Assembly: GCF_009914755.1 (NCBI RefSeq)
Contig: NC_060929.1
Reading direction: 5' to 3' (one strand)
From: the human T2T-CHM13v2.0 reference genome, Homo sapiens
DNA length: 64,000 nucleotides
The notes beneath the pieces were generated by a model. That model had not been told where the DNA came from. It saw only the letters and a program-made list of their open reading frames with translations, and did no database searches. A program made the position numbers and the translations under genes. Below, piece by piece: positions 27,869 through 39,965 of this stretch; positions within the stretch are counted from its first letter, which is position 1, and each line of letters begins with the position of its first letter.

Positions 27869-29743
27869 AGGGTATTTGATGATGATTTCAAAGATCAAAG
27901 CGATAAGAAACCTAAGCTAGATGAAAAAGTGAGAAAGTGTTAAAACATGGAAAAGAAGACAACTGTAAATCATATAATCAATATATTAAGAGAGAGAAAA
28001 GTCAGATGCTAAACCATACAGGCTATTTTAATTTATATTAAAAATACATACATATTAATGTGTGTAGATGCAGCTACAGTATATAAATTTATGCAAATAT
28101 GTTAACAGTGGTTTTTTTCCTGGTGGTGCTATTGGAGTGGCCTTTATATTTATTGAGTTTGTATTGTCTCCATGGTAGCACAGCCAAAACCTAAACTTAA
28201 AAGAAAAAAATCCTGCACCATTTTATCTCATATATGAAGTCTTTTTGATGGTCTTTGCAATATAACCATATTTCACTTGAAACATTTGCAGGAAAATCTG
28301 ACATTGTGAATCAAACAATGTAATAGAGCCAGCAACATAGACTCCATTAAACCGAGAAAATATCTTAAGTTAGAGCAACACAAACTTCTTAAACATAAGA
28401 GTTTGTCATTTAGGATAAAGACCATGTAATTCTGACGACCTGTGGAGTTGAACATCAATAATCAATTGTTTTGATTTGGCAATTTGTTTTCCCTAACTTC
28501 AATCCTCCTTCAATTGCTGGTAAATATAATTCTTCAGCTCCCCCTTGATCTCAGTGAGGGTCTCTCACTTGAGGCTTACTTGGTGGTTATAAAATACCTT
28601 AAGCTCTTCAGATAAAAGGGATATTAGTGCAAAATACTAATAAGCATTATTATTATAAGTGGTCTGAGCACTAAGGTGTTTGCTTAGTACTGGAAGCTGG
28701 GAAATACGTAGTTTGAATGTAAAAGTGTCAAAAACATGTAGTTTGGGAAGTATTTTAGGAAAGTAAAGTGATGTTTTCTAATTCTTTCAAAAAATAATGC
28801 AAGAAATTAGGCAATGACTCAATGCAAGCCAACAGATAAAAATAGTAATTAAAAAATAAATTTTTCTAAAAGGAAAAGTCAAGCTACAAAAAAAGAAGAG
28901 TAATTTAGAGCAGTATTGATCCAAGGGAATGAAACTGAATGACAAAGCTCTATCCTAGGTAAAAGACAATGTCATGAAATTGGTTTTATTGGAGACACCT
29001 AGCAAGATAGATTTTAGTGAAGATCATTATTGACATGTTATATCTGGGAAATAGACAACTAAATTAGTATGTTCCTCCATCATTATTATGCATTGATGGT
29101 ATTAATTTGTTCTGCAAATATGGTACATATATGCTTAATGTCTGCCATTTAGTTTTCTAACTACAAAAATATTTGCACTACTGATTTTTATGAGCATTAT
29201 GTGGTCATGACACAATAGTTGCTATGAATATGAACAGTTACTGTAAATGCTCACACTTTTTTCTCACTGTGTGACTGCCCTTAGAGGGTCTTATTTGTTG
29301 TCTTACAAAATGTTAACAGAACCTCAAAGTGACAATATTCTCTTTATTTTTAAATAAAATGAAGGGCATGTTCTGATTGCTCACAAGCTGTTGTCTCTGA
29401 ATTTACTGACATCTTAAATTCAAATGTCAAACTTCATAGTGATTCAAGAGAATGTTTTTATAATGAATTGAATAGATGAACTTTTGAAAGAAGATTATTA
29501 TGGTCAGTGGGTTAACAAAATGCAAGAAATTCAGGATGACTTTGGAAAATATAATTTTGTATAATTATCTGTAGAATAAATGGTTTTTAACATAGAGAGT
29601 AACTTATTCTCAATTAATCCCACTCAAATATATTTTCTCTAAAGTGTTGTGGCTGCATGAGAATTTATTAATGGGCAACATATAAACATCCTAACTCCTC
29701 AAATATTTCAAGGAGGATGAGGATTTTTATGCACATTTATGCC

Positions 29744-29906
29744 TAGGGCTGTACTCCTTAAACATTAATGTATATAGGAATAGCCTGGAGGTTCTGTCTC
29801 TGATTCAGTAAGTCTCATTTGGGCTGCACGATTCTGCATTTCTAGACAGCTCCCAGGTGAGATTGCTGCTGCTGATTCACAGACTACATTTTGGAGTAGC
29901 CCAAGG
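29744..29906. mobile_element. MER5B-like hAT-Charlie element
   Basis: tctgattcagtaagtct...ctgcatttctagacagctcccaggtga...gctgctg...ttggagtagc. Confidence 0.75.
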
Positions 29907-30719
29907 CCCCACCCCACAGTGCATCACACACAGCTCTCTGTGCTGAACAAAATTATCAGCAGATGTAAAAAAAGCGAGGCAATGAAAGCTTATTATTCAA
30001 GTGGAAAGCAAGTTATTTCATGTATGTATTTATTATTTATTTACATTATTATTAAAGTAGAATGCAAGTCAGAAAGAAGCTTATAGTCAGACAGCAGGTT
30101 TTGTAGATAAAGTTCATGAAAGTGATTTAATGGTCAGACTAAATTTTCCACTCTTTTTAGTCATAATTTCTTAAAATTGATGTGTTGTCCCCTGTATCCC
30201 TGTAGAACAATACCATTGGTAGAAATAAACATTGTCCAATTTTTTAAAGGTAGATGTGCTTTTTGTTGCTTGTAAAGTGCATCTGTTTAGATGTGAAAAG
30301 ATAGACGGTGTCCGTTTTATACCTGCCAGCTGTAGGCAGTGATGCTAGAAATAAATTTAATGATTTTTTTTCCTAGAAATTGGAATAAAACAAATTAAAT
30401 TTAGCTTTAATAAGGTGGTTTAATCCATTTTCTAAAATTGTACCAGTACAATAAATTACAATAAATATAAGCATCTTTAGCATTTAAAAATATGTTGTGG
30501 AAATCAATCATTAAAGCTAAAAACAGATTGTGGAAATCAATTATTAGAAACAATTTTAAAATGTTTCTGAAAGTATACAAATAAAATATACTAAATTGGT
30601 AATATGTTGGGTGCCAGTAATCAAATAGTATAATACATATGTGTGAGAGGGTAGATTGGAAGTGAAAGAACAAAAATCATCCACACAGAGACAGCATAGA
30701 ACAGTTTTTGAAAGTATCC

Positions 30720-30885
30720 AGTAGTTCTGTAGCCTGGAGTAAATTACTTCAATTCTGTGTCTATCAGTTTTCTCATCTATACAACAGAGGTCATTATAAC
30801 TGCCTCAAAGTGTTGTTCTATACATGAATACGTGTAAAATCTAAGAACAACGCCTGGAAGATAGTACATTCTCAGTAAATGTCAG
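30720..30885 (+). mobile_element. MIR (tail resumes at 31234-31248 after the MLT1A insertion)
   Basis: aaattacttcaattctgtgtctatcagttttctcatctata...gcctggaagatagtacattctcagtaaatg. Confidence 0.75.
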
Positions 30886-31233
30886 TGTCTCAGTTCTTTT
30901 AGACTGCTCTAACAAAATACCATAGACAGGGTAGCTTATAAACAACAGAAACTTATCAAAAATCTGGAGGCTAGGAAGTCCAAGATCAAGGTGCCAGAAG
31001 AGTCAATGTCTGGTGAGAGGGCCTCTTTCCTGGTTCATAGATTGCAGTCTCTCTCTGTCCTCACCTAGTGGAAAAGGGTAAATCAGCTCTTCTCTCTGGG
31101 GCCTCTTATAAAGGTGGTTCTGCCCTCATGACCTAATCACTTTCCAAAGGCCTCATCTCCTAATACCATTACTTAATGGGTTAATATTTCAACATATGAA
31201 GTTTGGGGAGACATAACTATTCAGGTCATAGCA
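30886..31233 (-). mobile_element. MLT1A/MSTC-like MaLR solo LTR
   Basis: taacaaaataccatagac...ggctaggaagtccaagatcaaggtgcc...ttcaacatatgaa...ttcaggtcatagca. Confidence 0.85.
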
Positions 31234-31407
31234 TTTAGCTATCATTATCTAAATTTTTGCTAAAGTTAAAAGTTTCTTTGTGAAGAATCAGTATTTCTAA
31301 GTGATATTTGGGAATGTCTATAGGGATATTTTATAAGCCCTTTAAAATCAATGTCTTCAAATCTGTACTTATCAGGTTCAGCATTAATACTCTGTCTGCC
31401 TATTTAC

Positions 31408-31940
31408 TGTGAACTCCTCCCCACAACAAATACATAATCAATAAAACCTTTGACCAAGGAAAGCTGAGTTTATTAGACCTAATGTAATAACGGAGAACAC
31501 CACTTAGGTAGAAACTCAATACAATCTCAGAATAGAGACTTTGGGGAAAGGTATTGATATTGATTGAAACGTGGGAAGCTGATTGGGATTGGACAAAGTT
31601 CATGGCATGATAATTTGGGATTGGCAGGTACAGATGGCAGGAGGGTGGTTAAAGTGAGTCACAATAAACAAATAGCTTCCTGTTAGGGGAGTTCTTTGCC
31701 CAGGTGGGCAATCTATTGTCCAGAAAAGGAGAGCTGCTGTCTCAGAAGAAATAACTGTCTATATAAATCAATTTTCAGGGATTTTATGGAACCAATGTTA
31801 AAATATTTGTGGATTATAACTTTATATTCCTGACTGAGACTTTCACTGAAGAAATGGTTAAGTCATGTTGACACAGGTTGTGTGAGTTTTCAGGTCCAAT
31901 AGTGTGTGAAGGTAATCTTAATTCTGATACCTAAAGTTCT
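31408..31940 (-). mobile_element. Probable old ERV LTR (family uncertain)
   Basis: ggaaagctgagtttattagacct...ggagaacaccac and gattgggattggacaaagttcatg resemble an antisense LTR poly-A/CCAAT region. Confidence 0.35.
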
Positions 31941-32344
31941 CATGCCTTAATGATTGTCATGCCTACAGTTCAGATATAGACCCCTAAGTGACAACAACAA
32001 AAACATATTATATTCCCCAATTGTGCTCCTTTTCTCGTTCATATCCCTAGTTTACATCAACTATCTACCAGGTATTTTGGAAGACTCTATCTTCTCTATT
32101 GATGTCAGATTTCATGTCAGAACTACCAAAATGTCTTTTTAGCTTTATCCTCACTGCCAACTCTCATTGTCCTTCAAACCACATCTATAATCTTTAGAAT
32201 ATAATCCCAGTATTATCATTCCACTGCTTAATATCCTCTTTGTCTATAGGATGAAATACATTCTGTTTCTCAAGAAATAAAACTCCTTATAGCTTGTGGG
32301 GTGACCAGTTTTGCAGGCTTAACTTCTTCCTTGCTCATTAGAAC

Positions 32345-32640
32345 CCTTCCCTTCCCTTCCCTTCCCCTCCCCTTCCCTCCCCTTCTCTCTTGTTCACTTT
32401 CCTTTCTCTCCTTCTTCTCTCCTCTCCTCTCACTCCCTCCCCCCTCCATTCCTTCCTTCCTCTTTCTTTTATTTTCCTCTTTCTTTCTGTTATTTTCCTC
32501 TTTCTTTCTCTTTCTCTCTTCTTTCTTTCTCTTTCTTTCCTTTTTCTTCTTGTTCTTTTTCTTGTTCTTTCCTCCCCCTCCTCCTCTCCTCTCCTCCTCC
32601 TCCTCCTTCTTCTTCCTTTTTTTTCTCTCTCTCTCTCCTT
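32345..32640. repeat. CT-rich polypyrimidine low-complexity tract
   Basis: (cccttt/ccttc/tcc)n runs, almost entirely pyrimidine for ~300 bp. Confidence 0.9.
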
Positions 32641-33439
32641 GCTTTCATATCTCTGTTCTTAGTCTTGTTCCTAGTGAGCTAGGGTATCTTCCATGATGTG
32701 CTCAGACCAATAACTTAGAAATACGATTGTTATATAAATAGCAATGTTAAAATAAACTGTTCATTTATCATGGTGTCTTGGCTAAGTGGAAAGTAAGAGT
32801 TGGCTTCTACAGGTGAGACAAATTAGATGGCACTTTAGTCTTATGTATCCACTTGTTCAAGTAATTCAATAAGCGTTGTTGGAATAGAAGTCATTTCCAT
32901 CTGCCACTGGTGCCATATCTGATGGACTGTGGTCACACTGGCAGAGGCTTGGCTGTGGAGAGCAATGGGGGGACATGGAAATGAATGATCTTAAAGGAAT
33001 AGTCTGACTGGTTAATAACAATATCTAGCTTTGGATGAATTTAGGAATTCCCATCTCTTCATATAAGTATTGATATCCCGGACCACTTGGACATGGAGAT
33101 GTCTCTAGTGTAGGCAAGTGTTATAGCAAAGGTAATGGGGACATATGTGTAATACTTTCAGATTCAGAGTTGTTTGTCTGTACACCCATCTCCTACAATA
33201 TTTCTGCCTACCCAACAATCATTAAAAGAATTGAAAGGATTTTTCTTTCTGCATTTGATCGGGAGGAGACTCTATGACATAGACATTTGAATAGTAGTCT
33301 ATTTCTACCAGCTAATGAAGTCTGACAAAATGCTAGGCAGTAGACTCTAGTTCTATGAACAAAGCCCATTTAGTGTCGTATTATTACTGTTAACACAGTC
33401 TCTAGGAATGAGTGGGTACTTGATGAATATTTACTAAAG

Positions 33440-33590
33440 AATGGAAGGAAAAAAGAAAGGAGAGAGAGGGAGGAACAGAAGTAGAGGTAGATAAGAAAAA
33501 AGAGTAGAAGAAAGAAAGGAAGGAATGAAATATTTGAGAAGAATAGAGGAAGAAAGCAAAATTGAAGAAAAGCAAAGCAAAAAGGGAACT
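33440..33590. repeat. GA-rich low-complexity tract
   Basis: ggaaggaaaaaagaaaggagagagagggagg... Confidence 0.7.
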
Positions 33591-33948
33591 AGCATACTTA
33601 AAGGCCAACTGCATTCTTGTGTCTTAGATATAAAAAATCCCTACCCATAACGTAAGATAAAGGGAATATCTTAACTCTTTCACTATGTGAAATATATTCA
33701 AATATGTGGTTTTTTTGTGAGAAAAATCTCAAATATAATACTACATTTTACTATTTGTTATGGCCTCTTTTAAAATGTTATTTATAATTGCTAGGTGAGA
33801 ATGTTTCAGAAAAGCATAGCTACATAAGGAAATATACAAATATTTATATGTTCTATATTATACTATATATAATTTATATATTGTATATTATACTATATAT
33901 AATTTAATATATAATTTTACATATTGTATAAGATATAGTTTATCTATT

Positions 33949-34452
33949 TGTATTAGTCTGTTCTCATGCTCATGATAAAGACTTACCTGAGACTGGGTAA
34001 TTTATAAAAAAAGAGAGGTTTAATGGACTCATAGTCCTACGTGGGTGGGAAGGCCTCACAATCATGGCATAAAGTGAAAGGCATGTCTTACTTGGTTGCA
34101 GGCAAAGAGAGAATGAAAGCCAAGCAAAAAGGGCAACCCCTTATAAAACCATCAGATCTCAGGTGACTTATTCACTACCATGAGAACTGTATGTGGGAAA
34201 TGACCCCCATAATTCAATTATTTCCCACTGGGGAATAATTACTGTGTTAACATATTATTACTGTGTTAACAGTAATAGTATGACACTAAATAGACTTTGT
34301 TCATAGAACTAGAGTCTACTTCCTAGCATTTGATCAGGTTTCATTAGCTGGTAGAAACAGACGAACATTCAAATGTCTCTCCCACAACACGGGAATTATG
34401 GGAGCTATGATTCAAGATGAGATTTGGGTGGGGACACAGCCAAACCATATCA
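33949..34452 (-). mobile_element. THE1B solo LTR carrying a ~145-bp non-LTR insertion
   Basis: tgtattagtctgttctcatgct...gggacacagccaaaccatatca; TSD ctatt/ttatt; consensus cccactggg|tccctcccacaacac is split at ~34233-34378. Confidence 0.92.
34260..34378 (-). repeat. Inverted copy of 33281-33399
   Basis: Ungapped hand alignment to the reverse complement: 13 mismatches in 119 bp. Confidence 0.93.
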
Positions 34453-34561
34453 TTATTCTATATATATAAAAATACCCCTCTCTCTCTAATATATATCACA
34501 TATATATGTGTATATATATCACATATATATGTGTATATATATCACATATTATATATATATA

Positions 34562-34678
34562 TGTTCCTCACAGGGAAAACAGAAGTTATAAAAGTTAGAT
34601 TAACTGGTTTGTATTCTTTTTCCTTTACTCCTTCCTTTTCCTCTTTTTTCATTCTGACTCATTATTAAATCCTGCTTT
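34562..34678 (+). repeat. Direct copy of 35950-36064
   Basis: Both begin tgttcctcacagggaaaacag; 9 mismatches in the first 81 bp; similarity continues to ctgcttt. Confidence 0.9.
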
Positions 34679-35120
34679 CATTTAATATATATAAATGTAA
34701 TTCTGCTTTAATTATAGTTATATTTTATATTTATTATAAATATTGTAATATATAAAAATATTTACTATTACAAAGATTCAGCATAAAGTAAAATAAATCC
34801 TAACCTTTTTGATAATTTATGTAAGGTATTTCTACTTAGTCAGAAAAATCACTCCTAACCTGTAATTTTTCATGGTCCTTTTGGGAAGTTTGTTTGACGC
34901 AAAAGGGATCATTTTGGAAATTATAAAGCTTCAATTTCTTTCTTTTTCCATATATATTGAGTTAGTGATCATCCACCCAAAAAATTTCTTATTAGGGTCA
35001 TTGTCTATGGTTCTAATTTTTTTTTTTATAAACACCAACATGTCTGAGTGACATTACAGAAGTGAAAGGAAAGATGAAATTCTCTAACTTCAAATTCCTT
35101 ACAACTCAGCAATTTGTTTC

Positions 35121-35318
35121 CTAGGGTATCTTAACATTTTAGGCTGAATAATTCTTAATTATGAGGGGGGTGTAGGCTGATCTGCACATTGTATGATGTT
35201 TAGTAGGATCCCATCCATTAGATGCCAGTAAGCTCCTCTTCCCAGTTATGACCATCAAAAATGTTCCAGGTACTGCCAAATGTCCCTTGGGGGACAAAAC
35301 TTCCCCAGTTAACCATTG
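35121..35318 (-). mobile_element. MER20 hAT-Charlie element
   Basis: cccagttatgaccatcaaaaatgttccaggtactgccaaatgtcccttgggggacaaaac. Confidence 0.85.
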
Positions 35319-36252
35319 AAAGGCTGCATAAGTATATGTTAGTATAGTAGTAACATATTTTTTCAACTGTGTGTTAATATGGGTACTCATTTTTCAGTGG
35401 TAAGATCAAATACATATTTTTGAAAAAATCTATTTTGTAGTTTGCAATGTTGCATATTAACTTCATCTTTCCCTTAGATCTTTCTACATCAAAATGTAAT
35501 TATGTTGTTATGCTTCTTGCTGGGATGTTTGGGTAATATCAGTTGTTGATAATAAAAAATAAATTTTTTTATACTAATAGAATTTGATTAAGACAAAAGC
35601 TGTACCTTTAAGTACTAACTGGAATTTATAATCTAATTCTGTCAGGCTGCATTGGCATGAGCTTCTAAGCTTGTGTTACAGAGTAATTGGGCATCTGGTA
35701 CACAGAGTGGTGAGAAATAACATTTGGTACCTGGATACCATATCTTATTATAGACACTTGAAACATATGGTATCCCAACTTCTGTTTAGGAAGTTAGAAT
35801 GGCACAGTCACTTTCATAAACAAAAGACTCAATGGCAATCTTCTTTCTCTCATTCGGAATCCCTTATGTGAAATGATATTCAACTCAACTGAAAGTAACT
35901 ACAGAAAATTTCACATTTTAGAAGGTAAAGTGGTTTTGTGACTCCTAATTGTTCCTCACAGGGAAAACAGGAGTTATAAAAGTCAGATTTACTGGTTTTT
36001 GTTCTTTTTCCCTAAAACCTTCCTTTTCCTTTATCTTTTCCGACCTATTACTAAATTCTGCTTTAACTTCCTATCTTCTAAGTAGTATCACAATTATGAA
36101 TATGTTACACTTGAGATCATCTGTAATCTCAAGCTTACCCTAAATTGCCTCTTGCTGAGATAAAAAATTCCTATGTATCTCTCTGCAGGAACTTGAAGTT
36201 GGAACTCAAATAGGGGAAGCCCTTTTATGGAATGAAATGAACTCCTGTTAAT

Positions 36253-36434
36253 CTAGGGGTTCTCTAAGTTTGGTTTCCCAGTAGCGGCATGAGCTGCTAG
36301 ATGTTTGTTAGAAATGAAATTTCATAGTCTCTGCTCCAGATCTACTGGATCAGATTCTGGTAGTAGGGCCCAGCAATCTACTTTATGAAGCCTGCCAAGT
36401 GGTAGTGATGACTGCCTACATTTAAGAACCAGTG
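36253..36434 (+). mobile_element. MER5A
   Basis: ttgttagaaatgaaattt...ccagatctactggatcaga...gggcccagcaatct...tttaagaaccagtg. Confidence 0.8.
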
Positions 36435-37334
36435 GGCTCATACATCTATATCATCAAACTTTCAATGGAACAGGGATTCAGAATTTGCAAAATGACATTT
36501 GTTATATCTATCTTCTTGGAAAGATGGAGTAGAATGTTAAAATAACACACCACATAGGATGCAATTTAATAAAATCCACTGAGATTGTTTGAGTAACCTG
36601 TCACCATAGCAATTTCTTATCCACATAACATGTTCTTCCTTCTCTTCTCTCCTAGTGGTGCACATGGGGCTCCACATAAGTAGGCAATCAGACCTTAAAC
36701 CATCAACTTATCAGCATATTCATCCAGTAAAAGCCAACCTTTTCCTACGGAGGGACTAGGTGCTGGAATTTCATAGCAGCTTCTGGAAGAATTATATTTA
36801 TCTCTAGCTAGATAGCCATGTAAAATCAGCCACAGCTAAATGTTAGAAGAAACTTCAATAATATTCTACAGTTGAGGTGGTGATGAAGGGGATCAGGAGA
36901 CATACAGTGATGGTTGGATGAGAAGAGAGAATTTAGGAGATTAAATTGGTTTTGGTAGACAAAGAATTTAGGCACACCTGAGGCCTGGGACTTAGGGAAA
37001 ATGTGGTCATGGAAATTGACTTTCATGTCAACTTCCCGACAAGCCATTCAAGAATGTCCTCCATCTGTTCCCAGGGATGGGTTTGCAGATCACTGTCCCT
37101 AGAAATATCAGGAGGTGTTCAGAGGGTAAAGAATCTGCCCAGTTTGAATAATAAAACGACAATGATGATCTTGAGGTTAAAAACCCAGAGAAATTTGCTA
37201 TCCCTAGAGAGAAAGCTATGGTGTGTCCTACCCTGTATAGCTCTATGTAGAAAGCTCTGTCATCTAAAATCATTACCTGAATTAAGAGAATTAGACTATG
37301 TCCCTGTGTTTATCACTAGGTGATAAAATGATTG

Positions 37335-37339
<5 letters not shown>

Positions 37340-37380
<41 letters not shown>
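37340..37380. repeat. (GT)20 microsatellite
   Basis: Perfect dinucleotide run. Confidence 0.97.
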
Positions 37381-37383
<3 letters not shown>

Positions 37384-38189
37384 AGATTGATGGATGGATA
37401 AGATAAAAAAGGAAAATGGGACCAAGATTGAACCCCTAGGATTTGTCTTGAGAAACGAGATGTTTAATCACGTTGTTCACAAGATAATATAAAAATAATA
37501 AAGGGAATCTCATTTAGTCATATTCGTATTAGGCATATAAATCTTGGACAGTTTTAGATCACATGATGCTGAAAAAATAGCTAAGATTACTCATGTCTTT
37601 CTAAATTAGCATGCATGAAAAAAATTGGTTAAAATGTATCCACTGCTTAACTAATTTGTACAAAAATTCTCTAGTCACCATTAGGTTCTATAAGGAAACG
37701 TGTAATACATGCCAGCTTCAATATTTTGCTTTTTTATAATATTTTTTCCTGTGTGTAAAATCATAGAGAAAAGTAGGTCATCCATTTGACTCCTGGCAAA
37801 GTACCTTAGGGAGACACGGATAAAATGCGGGATTTGTAGTTTGCGATAGGACCATGTTAACGATTTTTTAGTGGTTTGAACTTTGTGCTGTGATCAATAT
37901 CATTTGGCTGTGTCATATCATCTTTGTCTGACTATTTCCGGGCATCTAATACAGGTCAGTTTAGATCGATATTAGGAAAAGCTGTTTTGAACTGTGGACA
38001 AAAGAAGAATGATTCTGAGTTTGGGTTCTCTTTAAAACTGTGCAATACTGTTTAATAATGCAGACATGCTAATATTAGGACATTGAAAATACTGCTCCCA
38101 GTATCGTTGGAAATTTGATGACACAGCATACACAGCAAACATATGATTTAGGAAGCCAACTGTACTGTATTTCATATAACTACATATAA

Positions 38190-38521
<332 letters not shown>

Positions 38522-39633
38522 AGGAATTATAATTCTAAAATTTGGTGAATGGACACATACATTCTTAACCACAATATTTTTGTTCATTTTTTCACATATA
38601 TTTGTTAAAAGGATAAATAAAACATTTTTCTGCATCTAATTCAGTCCTCCAAACTGTCAGGTTCTACTTTTAATACCCTGATAGAAAACAGGGGAAGAAT
38701 TTCTACATTTAGGGATTTTCAAAGTGGGCTAAGGCCTAACAGCCATTGAAGCAGCAATAATATAAAATAACATTGTTCATAATGACTTCCTGAAAACCAC
38801 TTTATTTATTGAATTGTGGCGACATGAAGTCTTATATTGATGCCACTTCTCATGTAGGGAAAATACAAACGTCACAGTTCACGTTTTCAATGTGGTGTGG
38901 CTATAAAATAAGAGTTACTAGCTTTAAAATTGATGTAACAAAAAATGCATTCAAAGGATTATTACTGAATTTTTAAAAAGACTGTTTGGAAGGCTCTATG
39001 TATTCCAGTATATTGTATTGCTTTAACCATTTCTGAAATTATGCATGCAATTGTTATCAGAATCAGTAGCAAAACTTCTTTCACTTTTATTATATTAAAT
39101 ATTTTCATTTTATTAAAATAGTAGAATCTAATTTCAGAAAATTTAGAACATTTAGAAAAGCATGAAGAAATAATTAAAAATACCTGTAAAATGTTTTGAT
39201 AGGTGGAAATAATAGCTATAAATATATTTATTTATTTCCTACCAATGTAGTACTTTGTTACTACCATTATTAATATGGCTTATATATAATGTATATGTGT
39301 ATGTATGTGTATATGTGTATATATATAACTTAGTTCATAGTATCTGTATATCCTGTTCATATTAATATTTTAAATATTTTTGAAAAATTTAAAAAATATG
39401 ATTGCATAAGCCAATGTAACGTCATTTATAACTAGACTCAAATTGATTCTTCTAGTGTAAAAATTGAGGTGCATATTTTTAAACATTCATATTTGTGCAT
39501 ACCTCATAATTTTCTTAAGATATTTGCTATTAGAGAAATTTGGGAGCAAAGTAGCGTAAAGTTTTTGTAGGTTGCCTAAACCATGTTGCCCTATTACATT
39601 TTGAAGATTGCAATGAACTCTGCTGACTCATAA

Positions 39634-39965
<332 letters not shown>

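Noticed and set aside
32301-32696. F/L/S-rich hydrophobic ORFs
   Set aside because: Artefact of the CT-rich tract
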